Assembly: GCA_026392355.1 (NCBI GenBank)
Contig: JAPLCF010000036.1
Location: 129,054 to 193,053, forward strand
Direction of reading: 5' to 3'
Origin: Actinomycetota bacterium
GTDB taxonomy: Bacteria > Actinomycetota > Thermoleophilia > Gaiellales > F1-60-MAGs149
DNA: 64,000 nt
Part shown: positions 19,914 through 28,699 of the stretch, in pieces
Layout: each line of letters opens with the position of its first letter
How positions within the stretch are numbered: the first letter of the stretch is position 1
The notes under the pieces: model-generated
Seen by the model: only the letters and a program-made list of their open reading frames with translations
Told to the model about the DNA's origin: nothing
Databases searched by the model: none
Position numbers and translations under genes: made by a program

Positions 19914-21083
19914 TCAGCCGACGTGCACGAGCAGCGCCTGACCCTGCCCAACGCCGATGCACGCGGCGACGAGGCCGGTACCGCCGCCGCGACGCTGCAG
20001 CTCGCGCACGCAATCGAGGATCAGGCGCGGCGCCGATGCACCGAGCGGGTGGCCGTACGCGATCGCGCCGCCGTGCACGTTGACGCGCTCCTCGTCGATG
20101 CCGTCGATCTCGTGCAGCACGGCGAGCGGTACGGCGGCGAATGCCTCCTGCAGCTCCCAGACGTCGATGTCGGCAGGCGTGAGGCCCGCCTTGGCAAGCA
20201 GCGCGCGGATCGCGGGGACGGGTGCGTACCCGAACTCCTGGGGGGCGACGCCGACAGTGATGCTCTGGCCGATGCGCGCGAGCGGCTGCCAGCCGCGCTC
20301 ACTACAGGCCTGCTCGCCGGCCACCAGCATCGCCAGCGCGCCATCGTTAATCGGCGAGGAGTTGCCTGCCGTGACGATGCCGTCTTTCGTGAAGGCCGGC
20401 TTCAGCTCGGCAAGCCCCTCGAGGGTGGTGTTCGGGCGGATGCTCTCGTCGCGCGTGACACCCGCGACCTCCATCACCACGTCGTCGTGCAGACCCGCCT
20501 CCCAGGCGGCGTGGGCACGCGCGTGGCTGCGCACCGACCACGCATCCATCTGCTCGCGGGTGATGCCAAGGCGCACCCCCGTCTGCTCGGCGGCAGCGCC
20601 GAGCGACAGCAGCCACTCCTCCGGCATCGCCGTGTTGACCATGCGCCAGCCGACGGCGGTCGAATGCAACTTCATGTCGCGCGGCAGCGCGTCATCGGGC
20701 TTCTGCAGGATAAACGGTGAGCGACTCATGCCCTCCACGCCACCGGCGATGACGACGTCGGCGTCGCCGCAGCGGATCATGCGCGAGCCCTGGATCACCG
20801 CCTCGCCGCCCGAACCGCAGAGGCGATTGACCGTAACGCCGGGCACCGAGACGGGCAGCCCGGCCAAGAGCAGCGCCATGCGGGCCACATTGCGGTTGTC
20901 CTCACCGGCCTGATTCGTGTCGCCCATCAGCACCTCGTCGATCTGGGCCGGATCAAGCTCGGGATGGCGGGCGATCAGCTCGCGAATCGGCAGCGCAGCG
21001 AGATCATCAACACGTACGGCACTCAGCCCCCCGCGGTTCTTGCCAAAGGGCGTGCGGACGGCATCGACGATGAAGGAGTCCAT
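19914..21083 (-). CDS. Acetyl-CoA C-acyltransferase (thiolase)
   Basis: Active-site NRLCGSG and C-terminal ACIGVGQG thiolase signatures, 389 aa. Confidence 0.9.
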   Translation of the reverse strand: MDSFIVDAVRTPFGKNRGGLSAVRVDDLAALPIRELIARHPELDPAQIDEVLMGDTNQAGEDNRNVARMALLLAGLPVSVPGVTVNRLCGSGGEAVIQGSRMIRCGDADVVIAGGVEGMSRSPFILQKPDDALPRDMKLHSTAVGWRMVNTAMPEEWLLSLGAAAEQTGVRLGITREQMDAWSVRSHARAHAAWEAGLHDDVVMEVAGVTRDESIRPNTTLEGLAELKPAFTKDGIVTAGNSSPINDGALAMLVAGEQACSERGWQPLARIGQSITVGVAPQEFGYAPVPAIRALLAKAGLTPADIDVWELQEAFAAVPLAVLHEIDGIDEERVNVHGGAIAYGHPLGASAPRLILDCVRELQRRGGGTGLVAACIGVGQGQALLVHVG

Positions 21084-21134
21084 GGCGCGGCAGCCTACCG
21101 GTTCCGCGCTAGTCGCCGCTGGTAGCCTCGGCGC

Positions 21135-21770
21135 ATGACCGATCGCACCCCCGCTCCGGTCGAATTGAGCGACCTGCTCGGCCGCCGGCTGTCGGGCGGG
21201 GTCAAGGTCGCCGATCTACTCGTGCTGGCTGAAGGCCCGGCCTGGGAGGTCCGGGCGATCGTCACCCGGGACAACGTCTACGAAGCGCACTGGGAGCATG
21301 GCGAGCTGGCACTCGGCACTGTCGTCATGCCAACCGGCCTGACCTCGCTAAAGCACGACGTCCTCGACCGTCAGGTCGTGGACACCGACGACCGTCGCGT
21401 GGTGCGCGTCGGCGACGTGGCGCTCCTGCCTGTGGCTGGCCGGCTCGAGGCAGTGGCCCTCGAGGTTGGGCTCCGCCCCGTCTTTCGCCGCGTTGGGCTG
21501 CATGTGATCGCACGGCGTCATCGCGAGGACCTGCTCGAGCTCGACGACGTGACCATCACCGAGAGCTGCGTCGTCGCGCACGCCTCGCATGCCCGCGTGG
21601 CGAAGATCGAAACGCATCACCTCGCGCGGCTGATCCGTCGCCTGCCGCACCGGATGAAGCACGACGTGCTCGCGCAGCTGCCCGAGGAACGCAGCCGCGA
21701 GGTCCGCGCGCACATGCTGCACAGGCCGCACCGTCCGCACCTGCGTCGCTTCCGGGTGCCCCGTGCGTAA
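21135..21770 (+). CDS. Hypothetical protein (PRC-barrel / MgtE-N-like), coupled to the Nramp transporter
   Basis: 211-aa ORF with good GC3. Its 8-nt overlap with the downstream Nramp gene suggests co-translation. The function call is weak. Confidence 0.4.
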   Translation: MTDRTPAPVELSDLLGRRLSGGVKVADLLVLAEGPAWEVRAIVTRDNVYEAHWEHGELALGTVVMPTGLTSLKHDVLDRQVVDTDDRRVVRVGDVALLPVAGRLEAVALEVGLRPVFRRVGLHVIARRHREDLLELDDVTITESCVVAHASHARVAKIETHHLARLIRRLPHRMKHDVLAQLPEERSREVRAHMLHRPHRPHLRRFRVPRA

Positions 21771-22992
21771 ACGCGTTGCTATCTTCCTGGCGATTCTCGG
21801 CCCCGGCCTGATCGCCGGCCTGTCTGACGACGACCCGGCTGGCATCACCACGTACGCCGTGATGGGCGCCGACCATGGCTACGCGCTTTTGTGGGTGCTC
21901 GTCGTCGCGACCGGAATGCTCGTGCTCTACCACCTGCTCGGCGTGCGGATCGGCGTCGCCACCGGCCAGGGCATGATCGGACTCGTACGCGAGCGCTATG
22001 GCGTGCGTATCGGCGGCGCGATTCTCGTGTGTCTGCTGGTCGCCAACCTCGGCACGCTGGCCGCCGAGTACGCCGGCATCGCCGCCGCGCTGGGCATGGT
22101 CGGGATCCCGCGCGAGCTCTCGGTGCCAGCCGCAGCGATCATCATCACGCTGCTCGTGATCCGCTCGTCGTTCCATCTCGTCGAGCGCGTCCTGCTGGCG
22201 CTCGGCGCCCTGCTCGCCTCGTACATCCTGGCCGGCCTGCTCGCCCACCCCGACTACGGCGCGACACTGCACGGGCTGATGGTTCCGGGCACGAGCGGCA
22301 ACACGGGCGCGCTGATCACCGCCGTCGCCGTCGTCGGCACGACGATCGCGCCGTGGGGCCTGTCGTTCATCCAGTCGTACGCCGTCGACAAGCGCATCAA
22401 GGCCGAGCAGTTGAAGGCCGAGAACGTCGACATCGTCAGCGGCGCCGTGCTGACCGGCGCCATTGGCCTCTTCGTCGTCGTGGCGTGCGCGGCGACACTC
22501 CATGCCACGGGGACATCGATCGAGAACGCAGCCGACGCGGCAATCGCACTCGAGCCGCTCGCCGGCAATCTCGCCGGCACGCTCTTTGGCGTCGGCCTCC
22601 TCGCCGCTGGCACGCTCGCCGCGGCCGTCGTCCCGCTCTCGACCGGATACTCCGTGTCCGAGGCGGTCGGCATGGAGGCGCGCATCGATGACTCCTTCCG
22701 TGAGGCCCCGCTCTTCTACGGCACGTTCGTCGTGATGACCGCACTCGCGGCTCTGATCGTGGCGCTGCCGTTTATCCCGCTCCTGCCGATCCTATTTCTG
22801 TCGCAGGTGCTCAACGCGATCCTGCTCGTGCCGATCCTGATCGCGCTTGCGCGCGTCGGTGGCGATGGGCGCGTGATGGGAAGCCTCAAGGTTGGGCGAC
22901 TGCAGAAATGGCTGCTGTGGGCGGGCGCCATCGGGCTCGGCATCACGAGCGCCGTGCTGATCGCCACGCTCCTGCTCGATCTCATCCCGTAG
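21763..22992 (+). CDS. mntH: Nramp-family divalent metal cation transporter
   Basis: 409-aa polytopic protein with an N-terminal GPGLIAGLSDDDPAGI motif, typical of the Nramp/MntH family. Confidence 0.8.
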   Translation: MRKRVAIFLAILGPGLIAGLSDDDPAGITTYAVMGADHGYALLWVLVVATGMLVLYHLLGVRIGVATGQGMIGLVRERYGVRIGGAILVCLLVANLGTLAAEYAGIAAALGMVGIPRELSVPAAAIIITLLVIRSSFHLVERVLLALGALLASYILAGLLAHPDYGATLHGLMVPGTSGNTGALITAVAVVGTTIAPWGLSFIQSYAVDKRIKAEQLKAENVDIVSGAVLTGAIGLFVVVACAATLHATGTSIENAADAAIALEPLAGNLAGTLFGVGLLAAGTLAAAVVPLSTGYSVSEAVGMEARIDDSFREAPLFYGTFVVMTALAALIVALPFIPLLPILFLSQVLNAILLVPILIALARVGGDGRVMGSLKVGRLQKWLLWAGAIGLGITSAVLIATLLLDLIP

Positions 22993-23036
22993 AACGACAG
23001 TCGCCCGGTCGTTGCCGCGGCGGTACCATCCCGGGC

Positions 23037-24314
23037 ATGCAGCGCCCCCTCCCTCGCGAGGCCTTCCTTCGTGAAGACACGTACGCCAAGACACGTCTCC
23101 CGGTGGACTTCGCCTGGACGCTGATCCCTGATGCGTACACGACGCAAGACTTCCATGAGGTCGAGCAGCAAGAGGTCTTCGCCAAGAGCTGGGTCCCGGT
23201 CTGCGTGACCGACGAGGTGCGCGAGCCCGGCGACTTTCTCGTCGTCGAGGTCGCGGGCCGCTCGATCATCGTGGCGCGCAACGCTGAGGGCGAGCTGCGC
23301 GCACACCACAACGTCTGCCGCCACCGCGGCGCCCGTCTCTGTGAGGGCACGGGACACGTCAAGCGCTTCTTCTCGTGCCCGTACCATGCGTGGGCCTACG
23401 ACCTCGACGGGAAGTGCCTCGGCACGCCACTGTTCACGCCCGAGAGTGAGGTGCCCGTCGAGGCCCGCGTGGCCTTCGACATGGCCGACGTCAAGGCCTT
23501 CGATAAGGACGAGATGGGCCTGCACCCGGTGCGCGTCGCCGAGTGGAACTTCCTCGTCTTCGTCTGCCTCGATCCCGCAACGCCCGAGCTGGAGCACGAG
23601 CTCGGCGATCTGACCGAGCGCCTCGCCGGCTATCGCCTCGGCGAGTACCGCCTGCAGCGCCGCGTCGAGTACGACATCAAGGCCGACTGGAAGCTGATCG
23701 GCGAGAACTTCATGGAGTACTACCACCTGCCGTGGGTGCACCCTGCGCTGGTCAAGGTCTCGCCGATGGACGATCACTACCGCTGGCAGGGGCCGGGAAA
23801 GTATGTCGGCTTCTGCACGTGGCCGATCGCGGCGAACACCGACGACGGCGGCTGGAAGGGCCTGCCGCCCGTCACGTTCGTCGAGGGCCAGGATGCCGAA
23901 GCCGCGCGTTTCATCTGGCTGTTCCCCAACATCGCGATCAACGTGATGGCCAATCACGTGGTACTGCTGCTGGCGCGTCCCGATGGTGTCGGGCACACCG
24001 CCGAGGTCGTCTACCTCCTGACGCACCCCGACTCGATCGCCGCAAGCGCCGACCCCGAGGCCGAGATCGATTCCCTCATGACGTTCTGGGACGAGGTCAA
24101 CAAAGAGGACATCGGCATCGTCGAGCGCGTCCAGGATGGCCTGTGCAACCCCGCCTACGAGGGCGGTCGCATGTGTTACCGCTTCGAGGAGTCGTGCCAC
24201 CGCTTCCAGAACATGGTGATCGATCGCATGTTGGGCATCGCCACGATTCCCGCCGGCGATGATGCCGAGACGGTGCGGATGTTCGGCCCCCGCGACAAGG
24301 CAGAGCAGGCATGA
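23037..24314 (+). CDS. Rieske [2Fe-2S] non-heme iron oxygenase alpha subunit (choline-monooxygenase / GbcA-like class)
   Basis: Rieske motif CRHRGARL...CPYHAWAY, then a catalytic domain with NFMEYYHLPWVHP. Start is at Met44 of the track ORF. No beta subunit or reductase is adjacent. Confidence 0.8.
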   Translation: MQRPLPREAFLREDTYAKTRLPVDFAWTLIPDAYTTQDFHEVEQQEVFAKSWVPVCVTDEVREPGDFLVVEVAGRSIIVARNAEGELRAHHNVCRHRGARLCEGTGHVKRFFSCPYHAWAYDLDGKCLGTPLFTPESEVPVEARVAFDMADVKAFDKDEMGLHPVRVAEWNFLVFVCLDPATPELEHELGDLTERLAGYRLGEYRLQRRVEYDIKADWKLIGENFMEYYHLPWVHPALVKVSPMDDHYRWQGPGKYVGFCTWPIAANTDDGGWKGLPPVTFVEGQDAEAARFIWLFPNIAINVMANHVVLLLARPDGVGHTAEVVYLLTHPDSIAASADPEAEIDSLMTFWDEVNKEDIGIVERVQDGLCNPAYEGGRMCYRFEESCHRFQNMVIDRMLGIATIPAGDDAETVRMFGPRDKAEQA

Positions 24315-25093
24315 CCGAGCAGCCATCGCACCATCAGCACCTCGATGAACCACGGCGACAGTTCGGTCGCCGCTGGCTGGACCTGACGAGCGAGAACCAC
24401 ATCCTGGTCGCGCCGTTCATCTCGCTTGCGGCGTTCATCTGCATCGCCCTCGGCAACAAGTCAATCGTCGCGGCACTGATCGCGTTGCTCCTGCAGAGCG
24501 CGCTCTTCCAGATCGCCGTTGTGGCGCACATCCGCCAGCCGCAAGTGCGTCGCATCGCGTACATCACGGCACCGTTTCTCATCATTGCCATCGTGATAAT
24601 CGCGGGCGCACTCGCGCGTCTCGTCGGGGTGGACTCCGGCCGGTTCGTCCTGATGGCCTTCAGTGCTGGACTCACGCTCGGCGTGATCGTCCGCATCTTC
24701 GGTCGTGTCGCGAAGGCACCGATCATCAACGCGGGCGTGGTCGTCAACGCCGTCACGGTCTATCTGATGCTCGGGCTGTTCTTCGCCTACGTCTACATGT
24801 CGTTGAGCGCCGCAGCGGGCGAGGCGTTCTTCGCCCAAGGTTCCGACCAGCCGACCACGGTCTTCCTCTACTTCTCGTACGTCACGCTCGCGACCGTCGG
24901 CTACGGCGACTTCACCCCAGCGTTCAACGCAGGACGCTTCGCGGCCGTCGCCGAGGGCCTGATGGGTCAGCTGTACCTCGTCACCGTGCTCGCGCTGATC
25001 GTGAGCAACCTCGGTCGTCAACGCAACGGGTCGATGGTGCCGCTGGAGAAGTCCAGCGACACCACCCCCACCGATGATTCCCTAAAGGACTAG
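24311..25093 (+). CDS. Potassium channel family protein (two-TM pore domain with extra N-terminal TM helices)
   Basis: Selectivity filter TVGYGD. The start ATG overlaps the Rieske oxygenase stop (ATGA). Confidence 0.8.
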   Translation: MTEQPSHHQHLDEPRRQFGRRWLDLTSENHILVAPFISLAAFICIALGNKSIVAALIALLLQSALFQIAVVAHIRQPQVRRIAYITAPFLIIAIVIIAGALARLVGVDSGRFVLMAFSAGLTLGVIVRIFGRVAKAPIINAGVVVNAVTVYLMLGLFFAYVYMSLSAAAGEAFFAQGSDQPTTVFLYFSYVTLATVGYGDFTPAFNAGRFAAVAEGLMGQLYLVTVLALIVSNLGRQRNGSMVPLEKSSDTTPTDDSLKD

Positions 25094-26730
25094 GCGCCGA
25101 TCGCGCGCTTGCGGCGCTTGTGCCGCAGCTTCGCGGCCGCGGCCTTGCCCGGCGTCGGCTTGCCCGGCTTAGGAGCCTCGGGCGTGCCGTTGGTGTGCAC
25201 CGAGCGGTTCGACTGCTGATGCTTATGGTGCTCGCGGCTCGTGCTCTCGCCGCGGGCCTCGACCTTCTCGCCGTGACGGGGCTTGTCGCCATGACGCGGC
25301 TTGTCGCCGTGGTGCGGCTTGTCGCCGTGCGAGGGACGGTCACTACTGCGCGGACGATCATCACGCTGCGGCTTGTCACCGTAGGCCGGACGGTCGCCAC
25401 TGCGCGGACCATCATCACGCTTCGGCTTGTCGCCGTGGGACGGGCGGTCACCGCTACGCGGACGATCGTCACGACGCGGCTTGTCGCCGTGATGCGACTT
25501 GCGATCCTCGTGGCGCTTCTCGGCCTTCAGCTCGTGCTTGGCGATGGCATCGATGCGCTCGGCATCGACCGGCGGGCGCTTGGCGTCGACGCGGACGGGC
25601 TTGATCTCGCCGAGCAGGTCGAGGTCGACGGGCGTGATCTGCGCGTCGAGCTTGAGCTGGCTGAGGAGCTTGCGGACGGGATGCTCGTCCTGCTTGCCGA
25701 CGAAGCTGACGACCAGGCCGTCCTCGCCGGCACGGCCGGTGCGGCCCGAGCGATGGACGTAGTCGGCCTTGTCGGCCGGCGGGTCGAAGTGCACGACGCA
25801 CGAGACGTCATCGACGTGGATGCCGCGAGCGGCGACGTCGGTGGCGCAGAGGACCGGCATGCGGCCCTTGGTGAAGGCGTGCAGGGCACGGTCACGCTGC
25901 GACTGCGAGCGGCCGCCGTGCAGGTTGGCCGCGCCAACGCCAGCGGCGTTGAGCTTCTTGGCCAGACGATCGACGCCGTGCCGGGTACGGCAGAACGCGA
26001 TCACCGTACCGGTGCGCAGAACGAGGTCGACGAGCAGGTCGACGCGGTCGTCCGGCTTGACCTTCCAGAAGTAGTGCGTGACGTCGCCGACCGAACGCTC
26101 CTCGGCGACCGCCTCGTGGCGGACCGGGTTGTTCTGGTACTCACGGGCGACCTTCTCGACCTCGCCGTCGAGCGTGGCGGAGAAGAGCAGCGTCTGGCGG
26201 TTCGGCTGAACCTGGTCGAAGAGGCGGCGGACGACGGGCAGGAAGCCCATGTCGGCCATGCGGTCGGCCTCGTCGAGCACGACGATGTGGACGTCGGAAA
26301 GATCGACATCACGGCGCTGGATCAGGTCCTCGAGGCGGCCGGGGCACGCCACGAGGATCTCAACACCGCGGCGAAGCGCGCTCTGCTGCGCGCCATAGCC
26401 GGTGCCGCCGTAGACGGCAGCGCACTTGAAACCACGCGTTGCTGCGAGCGGCTCGACCTCGCGCATGATCTGCTCGGCGAGCTCGCGCGTCGGGGCGAGG
26501 ATCAGCGCAGTCGGGCGCTTCGGCTTGGCGGGCTTAACCTGCGCGGCGACGGCGAGGCCGAAGGCGATGGTCTTGCCCGAGCCCGTGGGGGCACGGCCGG
26601 TGACGTCGAGGCCCTGGAGGGCGTCGGGGATGGTGTATTCCTGGATCGGGAACGGGGCCTCGATGCCCTTGCGCGCCAGTACGGCCGCAAGGTCAGCAGG
26701 CACACCGAGATCGGTGAACGAGGTGGTCAT
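25090..26730 (-). CDS. DEAD-box ATP-dependent RNA helicase with a repetitive basic C-terminal tail
   Basis: Motifs APTGSGKT, VLDEADRM and SAT. Start is at Met86 of the track ORF, preceded by AGGAG. The C-terminal about 135 aa are low-complexity. Confidence 0.9.
   Translation of the reverse strand: MTTSFTDLGVPADLAAVLARKGIEAPFPIQEYTIPDALQGLDVTGRAPTGSGKTIAFGLAVAAQVKPAKPKRPTALILAPTRELAEQIMREVEPLAATRGFKCAAVYGGTGYGAQQSALRRGVEILVACPGRLEDLIQRRDVDLSDVHIVVLDEADRMADMGFLPVVRRLFDQVQPNRQTLLFSATLDGEVEKVAREYQNNPVRHEAVAEERSVGDVTHYFWKVKPDDRVDLLVDLVLRTGTVIAFCRTRHGVDRLAKKLNAAGVGAANLHGGRSQSQRDRALHAFTKGRMPVLCATDVAARGIHVDDVSCVVHFDPPADKADYVHRSGRTGRAGEDGLVVSFVGKQDEHPVRKLLSQLKLDAQITPVDLDLLGEIKPVRVDAKRPPVDAERIDAIAKHELKAEKRHEDRKSHHGDKPRRDDRPRSGDRPSHGDKPKRDDGPRSGDRPAYGDKPQRDDRPRSSDRPSHGDKPHHGDKPRHGDKPRHGEKVEARGESTSREHHKHQQSNRSVHTNGTPEAPKPGKPTPGKAAAAKLRHKRRKRAIGA
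25264..25497. repeat. In-frame tandem repeats inside the helicase tail (54-nt unit x3, then 15-18-nt HGDKP units)
   Basis: Encodes HGDKPRRDDRPRSGDRPS / HGDKPKRDDGPRSGDRPA / YGDKPQRDDRPRSSDRPS, then HGDKPH-HGDKPR-HGDKPR-HGEK. Confidence 0.8.
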
Positions 26731-26893
26731 GGAACTCCTATCGAGCAGTTCGCGCGCTCGAGTTGATTCCAGAGCGGGCGCATCCCCGGGGTACGTCGAC
26801 GGGTTCGCCGACAGCCAGGAACGTCCTCCTACGGTATCAGCGGTTTGTGGAACCGGCGGCATAGACCTGCCACACCCCGGTATCGTCCCTGCC

Positions 26894-28000
26894 ATGGATC
26901 GCCATCCCGATACCGCGCTTGTGCAGGGCGGGCGCCCGGAGGGTCCGGGCGCGATGCTCAACACGCCCATCGTGCTCAATAGCACCTACCGCGTCGGTGG
27001 CGACCTCAGCTACGGCCGCTCGGGCAACGAGACGTGGGAGGCCTTTGAGTCGGTGATGGGCGAGCTCGAAGGCGGTAGCGCCGTCGCGTTCGCCAGCGGG
27101 ATCGCCGCGGCGACGGCTGTGCTGGACCTCGTGCCGATCGGCGGCACGATCGTCGCGCCAATCTCGCTGTACATGGGCCTCTGGAGCCAGCTCAAGGAGC
27201 GCGCCAAGGACGGCCGCGCCAACGTGCATTTCGTCGATCAGACCGATGTCGATGCGTTGCTGACCGCCGCGCAGGGCGCCGACCTCGTCTGGATCGAGAC
27301 GCCGAGTAACCCGCTGATGCAGATCGCGGACATTGCCGCGATTGCCGAGGGCCTCGATGACTCCACGCTGCTCGCTGTCGACGGCACCTTCACGACGCCG
27401 CTGCTGCAGCAGCCGCTGGCGCTCGGTGCCGACCTGGTCGTCCACAGCGCGACGAAGCTGATCGGCGGCCATGCCGACCTGCTGATGGGCGTCGTGATCG
27501 GGAGCGACGAACTCGCGGAGAAGCTCCGCGACAAGCGCTATGCCCACGGCGCCACGCCGGGGTCGCTCGAAGCGTTCCTCGCACTCCGCGGCTTGCGCAC
27601 CTTGGCGGTCCGGCTCGAGCGTGCGCAGGCAAACGCCCAGGCGATCGCGGAGTTCCTCGCCGAGTCGAATCACGTGACGTACGTGCTCTACCCCAGCCTG
27701 AGCTGGCACAAGGGTCATGCCCTCGCCGCCAAGCAGATGCAGGGGTTCGGCACGATGCTCTCCTTCGAGCTCGCCGCCGGGCACGAGACAGCAGAGCGCC
27801 TCTGCAACGCCACGCAAGTCTTCGCCAACGCCACGAGCCTCGGTGGCGTCGAGTCGCTAATGGAGGTGCGCGGCAACCGCGAGTCGGAGCGCGCGATGGG
27901 TACGCCGCATGCGCTGATTCGCGTCTCCGCCGGCATCGAGCACTGCGACGACTTGATCGCGGACCTCACGCAGGCGCTTGCCATCGCCCACCAGGGCTAG
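26894..28000 (+). CDS. Cys/Met-metabolism PLP enzyme (cystathionine gamma-synthase/lyase family)
   Basis: PLP-lysine motif HSATKLIGGH in a 368-aa protein. Start is at Met157 of the track ORF. Confidence 0.8.
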   Translation: MDRHPDTALVQGGRPEGPGAMLNTPIVLNSTYRVGGDLSYGRSGNETWEAFESVMGELEGGSAVAFASGIAAATAVLDLVPIGGTIVAPISLYMGLWSQLKERAKDGRANVHFVDQTDVDALLTAAQGADLVWIETPSNPLMQIADIAAIAEGLDDSTLLAVDGTFTTPLLQQPLALGADLVVHSATKLIGGHADLLMGVVIGSDELAEKLRDKRYAHGATPGSLEAFLALRGLRTLAVRLERAQANAQAIAEFLAESNHVTYVLYPSLSWHKGHALAAKQMQGFGTMLSFELAAGHETAERLCNATQVFANATSLGGVESLMEVRGNRESERAMGTPHALIRVSAGIEHCDDLIADLTQALAIAHQG

Positions 28001-28014
28001 GGCAGGTCGGCCCG

Positions 28015-28644
28015 GTGGCCAAAGACCTGCCGATCGGGAAGCTCCTCCGCGAGTGCGGTTTCGCATCCGACACCGCGCAGGCCGCAGGACGTGAGGCCCT
28101 CGACGCGGCTGGTGTGACACGTCCGGGCAAGGACCGCATCGTCGAGTGGAAGCGACCCGACGTCGTCGCGGTCCTCAAGGCACGCGTCACGCTGCTCTGC
28201 GCACCATGCCGCGAGGCCGGGCTCGGTAACGACTACCCGGAGGCGATCACGGCCGGAGCCGGCGACCGCTGCGTCGTCTGCGAGGGCAGCGCCACCCGAC
28301 GTGGTGCGCTGATTCTGACCCGCGCCTGCCAGCGTGCGCGCTTCCATCGGGTGATCTTCGTCGGCGGTAACCCCGACGTCCATCGTGAGCTGCCGCTGCT
28401 CCTGGGTAACGACCTCGACGTCCGCGTCGTCGATGGCATGACATCGCGGCCGGGGCGTGACGTCCAGCGCGAGATCGACGGCTGCGACGTTGTCGTACTG
28501 CTTGGCTCGACCGAGATCAGCCACACGGTCAGCGCCACCTGGGCGGGGCCAAAGACGGTCGCGACTCAGTCTCGCGGTATCAGTGCGTTCCTGCTCGAAG
28601 CGGCCGAGAAGATCGACGCCCGCGCCGGCCGCGCTGGACTCTGA
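28015..28644 (+). CDS. Hypothetical protein with two CxxC pairs and a DUF2325-like C-terminal domain
   Basis: CAPC and CVVC motifs followed by RVIFVGGNPD...CDVVVLLGSTEISH. I judged the antisense ORF 27997..28818 a shadow. Confidence 0.4.
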   Translation: MAKDLPIGKLLRECGFASDTAQAAGREALDAAGVTRPGKDRIVEWKRPDVVAVLKARVTLLCAPCREAGLGNDYPEAITAGAGDRCVVCEGSATRRGALILTRACQRARFHRVIFVGGNPDVHRELPLLLGNDLDVRVVDGMTSRPGRDVQREIDGCDVVVLLGSTEISHTVSATWAGPKTVATQSRGISAFLLEAAEKIDARAGRAGL

Positions 28645-28699
28645 GCCCACAGGCAGGTACCTTGACCGCGCAGTCAGGATTATCGAGGAGAGGTTCCCC

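Noticed and set aside
18210-20720. 836-aa + strand ORF, one of the longest in the track
   Set aside because: It lies antisense to two well-supported minus-strand genes (TrpB2 at 18477..19838, thiolase at 19914..21083). Its translation is Arg/Ala/Gly/Val-rich with no recognisable motifs. This is a typical high-GC shadow ORF.
22716-24353. 545-aa minus-strand ORF, and the similar 588-aa ORF at 46389..48155
   Set aside because: They are antisense shadows of the Rieske oxygenase and of the biotin carboxylase respectively. The sense-strand proteins carry diagnostic motifs (CRHRG/CPYHAW; EAMKME).
25264-25497. Short tandem repeats as a possible CRISPR array
   Set aside because: The repeats are contiguous with no spacers, are degenerate, are in frame within the helicase CDS, and encode a periodic peptide. 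No cas genes are present.
26731-26893. Possible SAM or other riboswitch in the 163-nt gap upstream of the Cys/Met PLP enzyme
   Set aside because: I could not recognise SAM-I, SAM-IV or other conserved riboswitch cores by eye. The gap is also the divergent promoter region for the DEAD-box helicase. An Infernal/Rfam scan is needed to decide.
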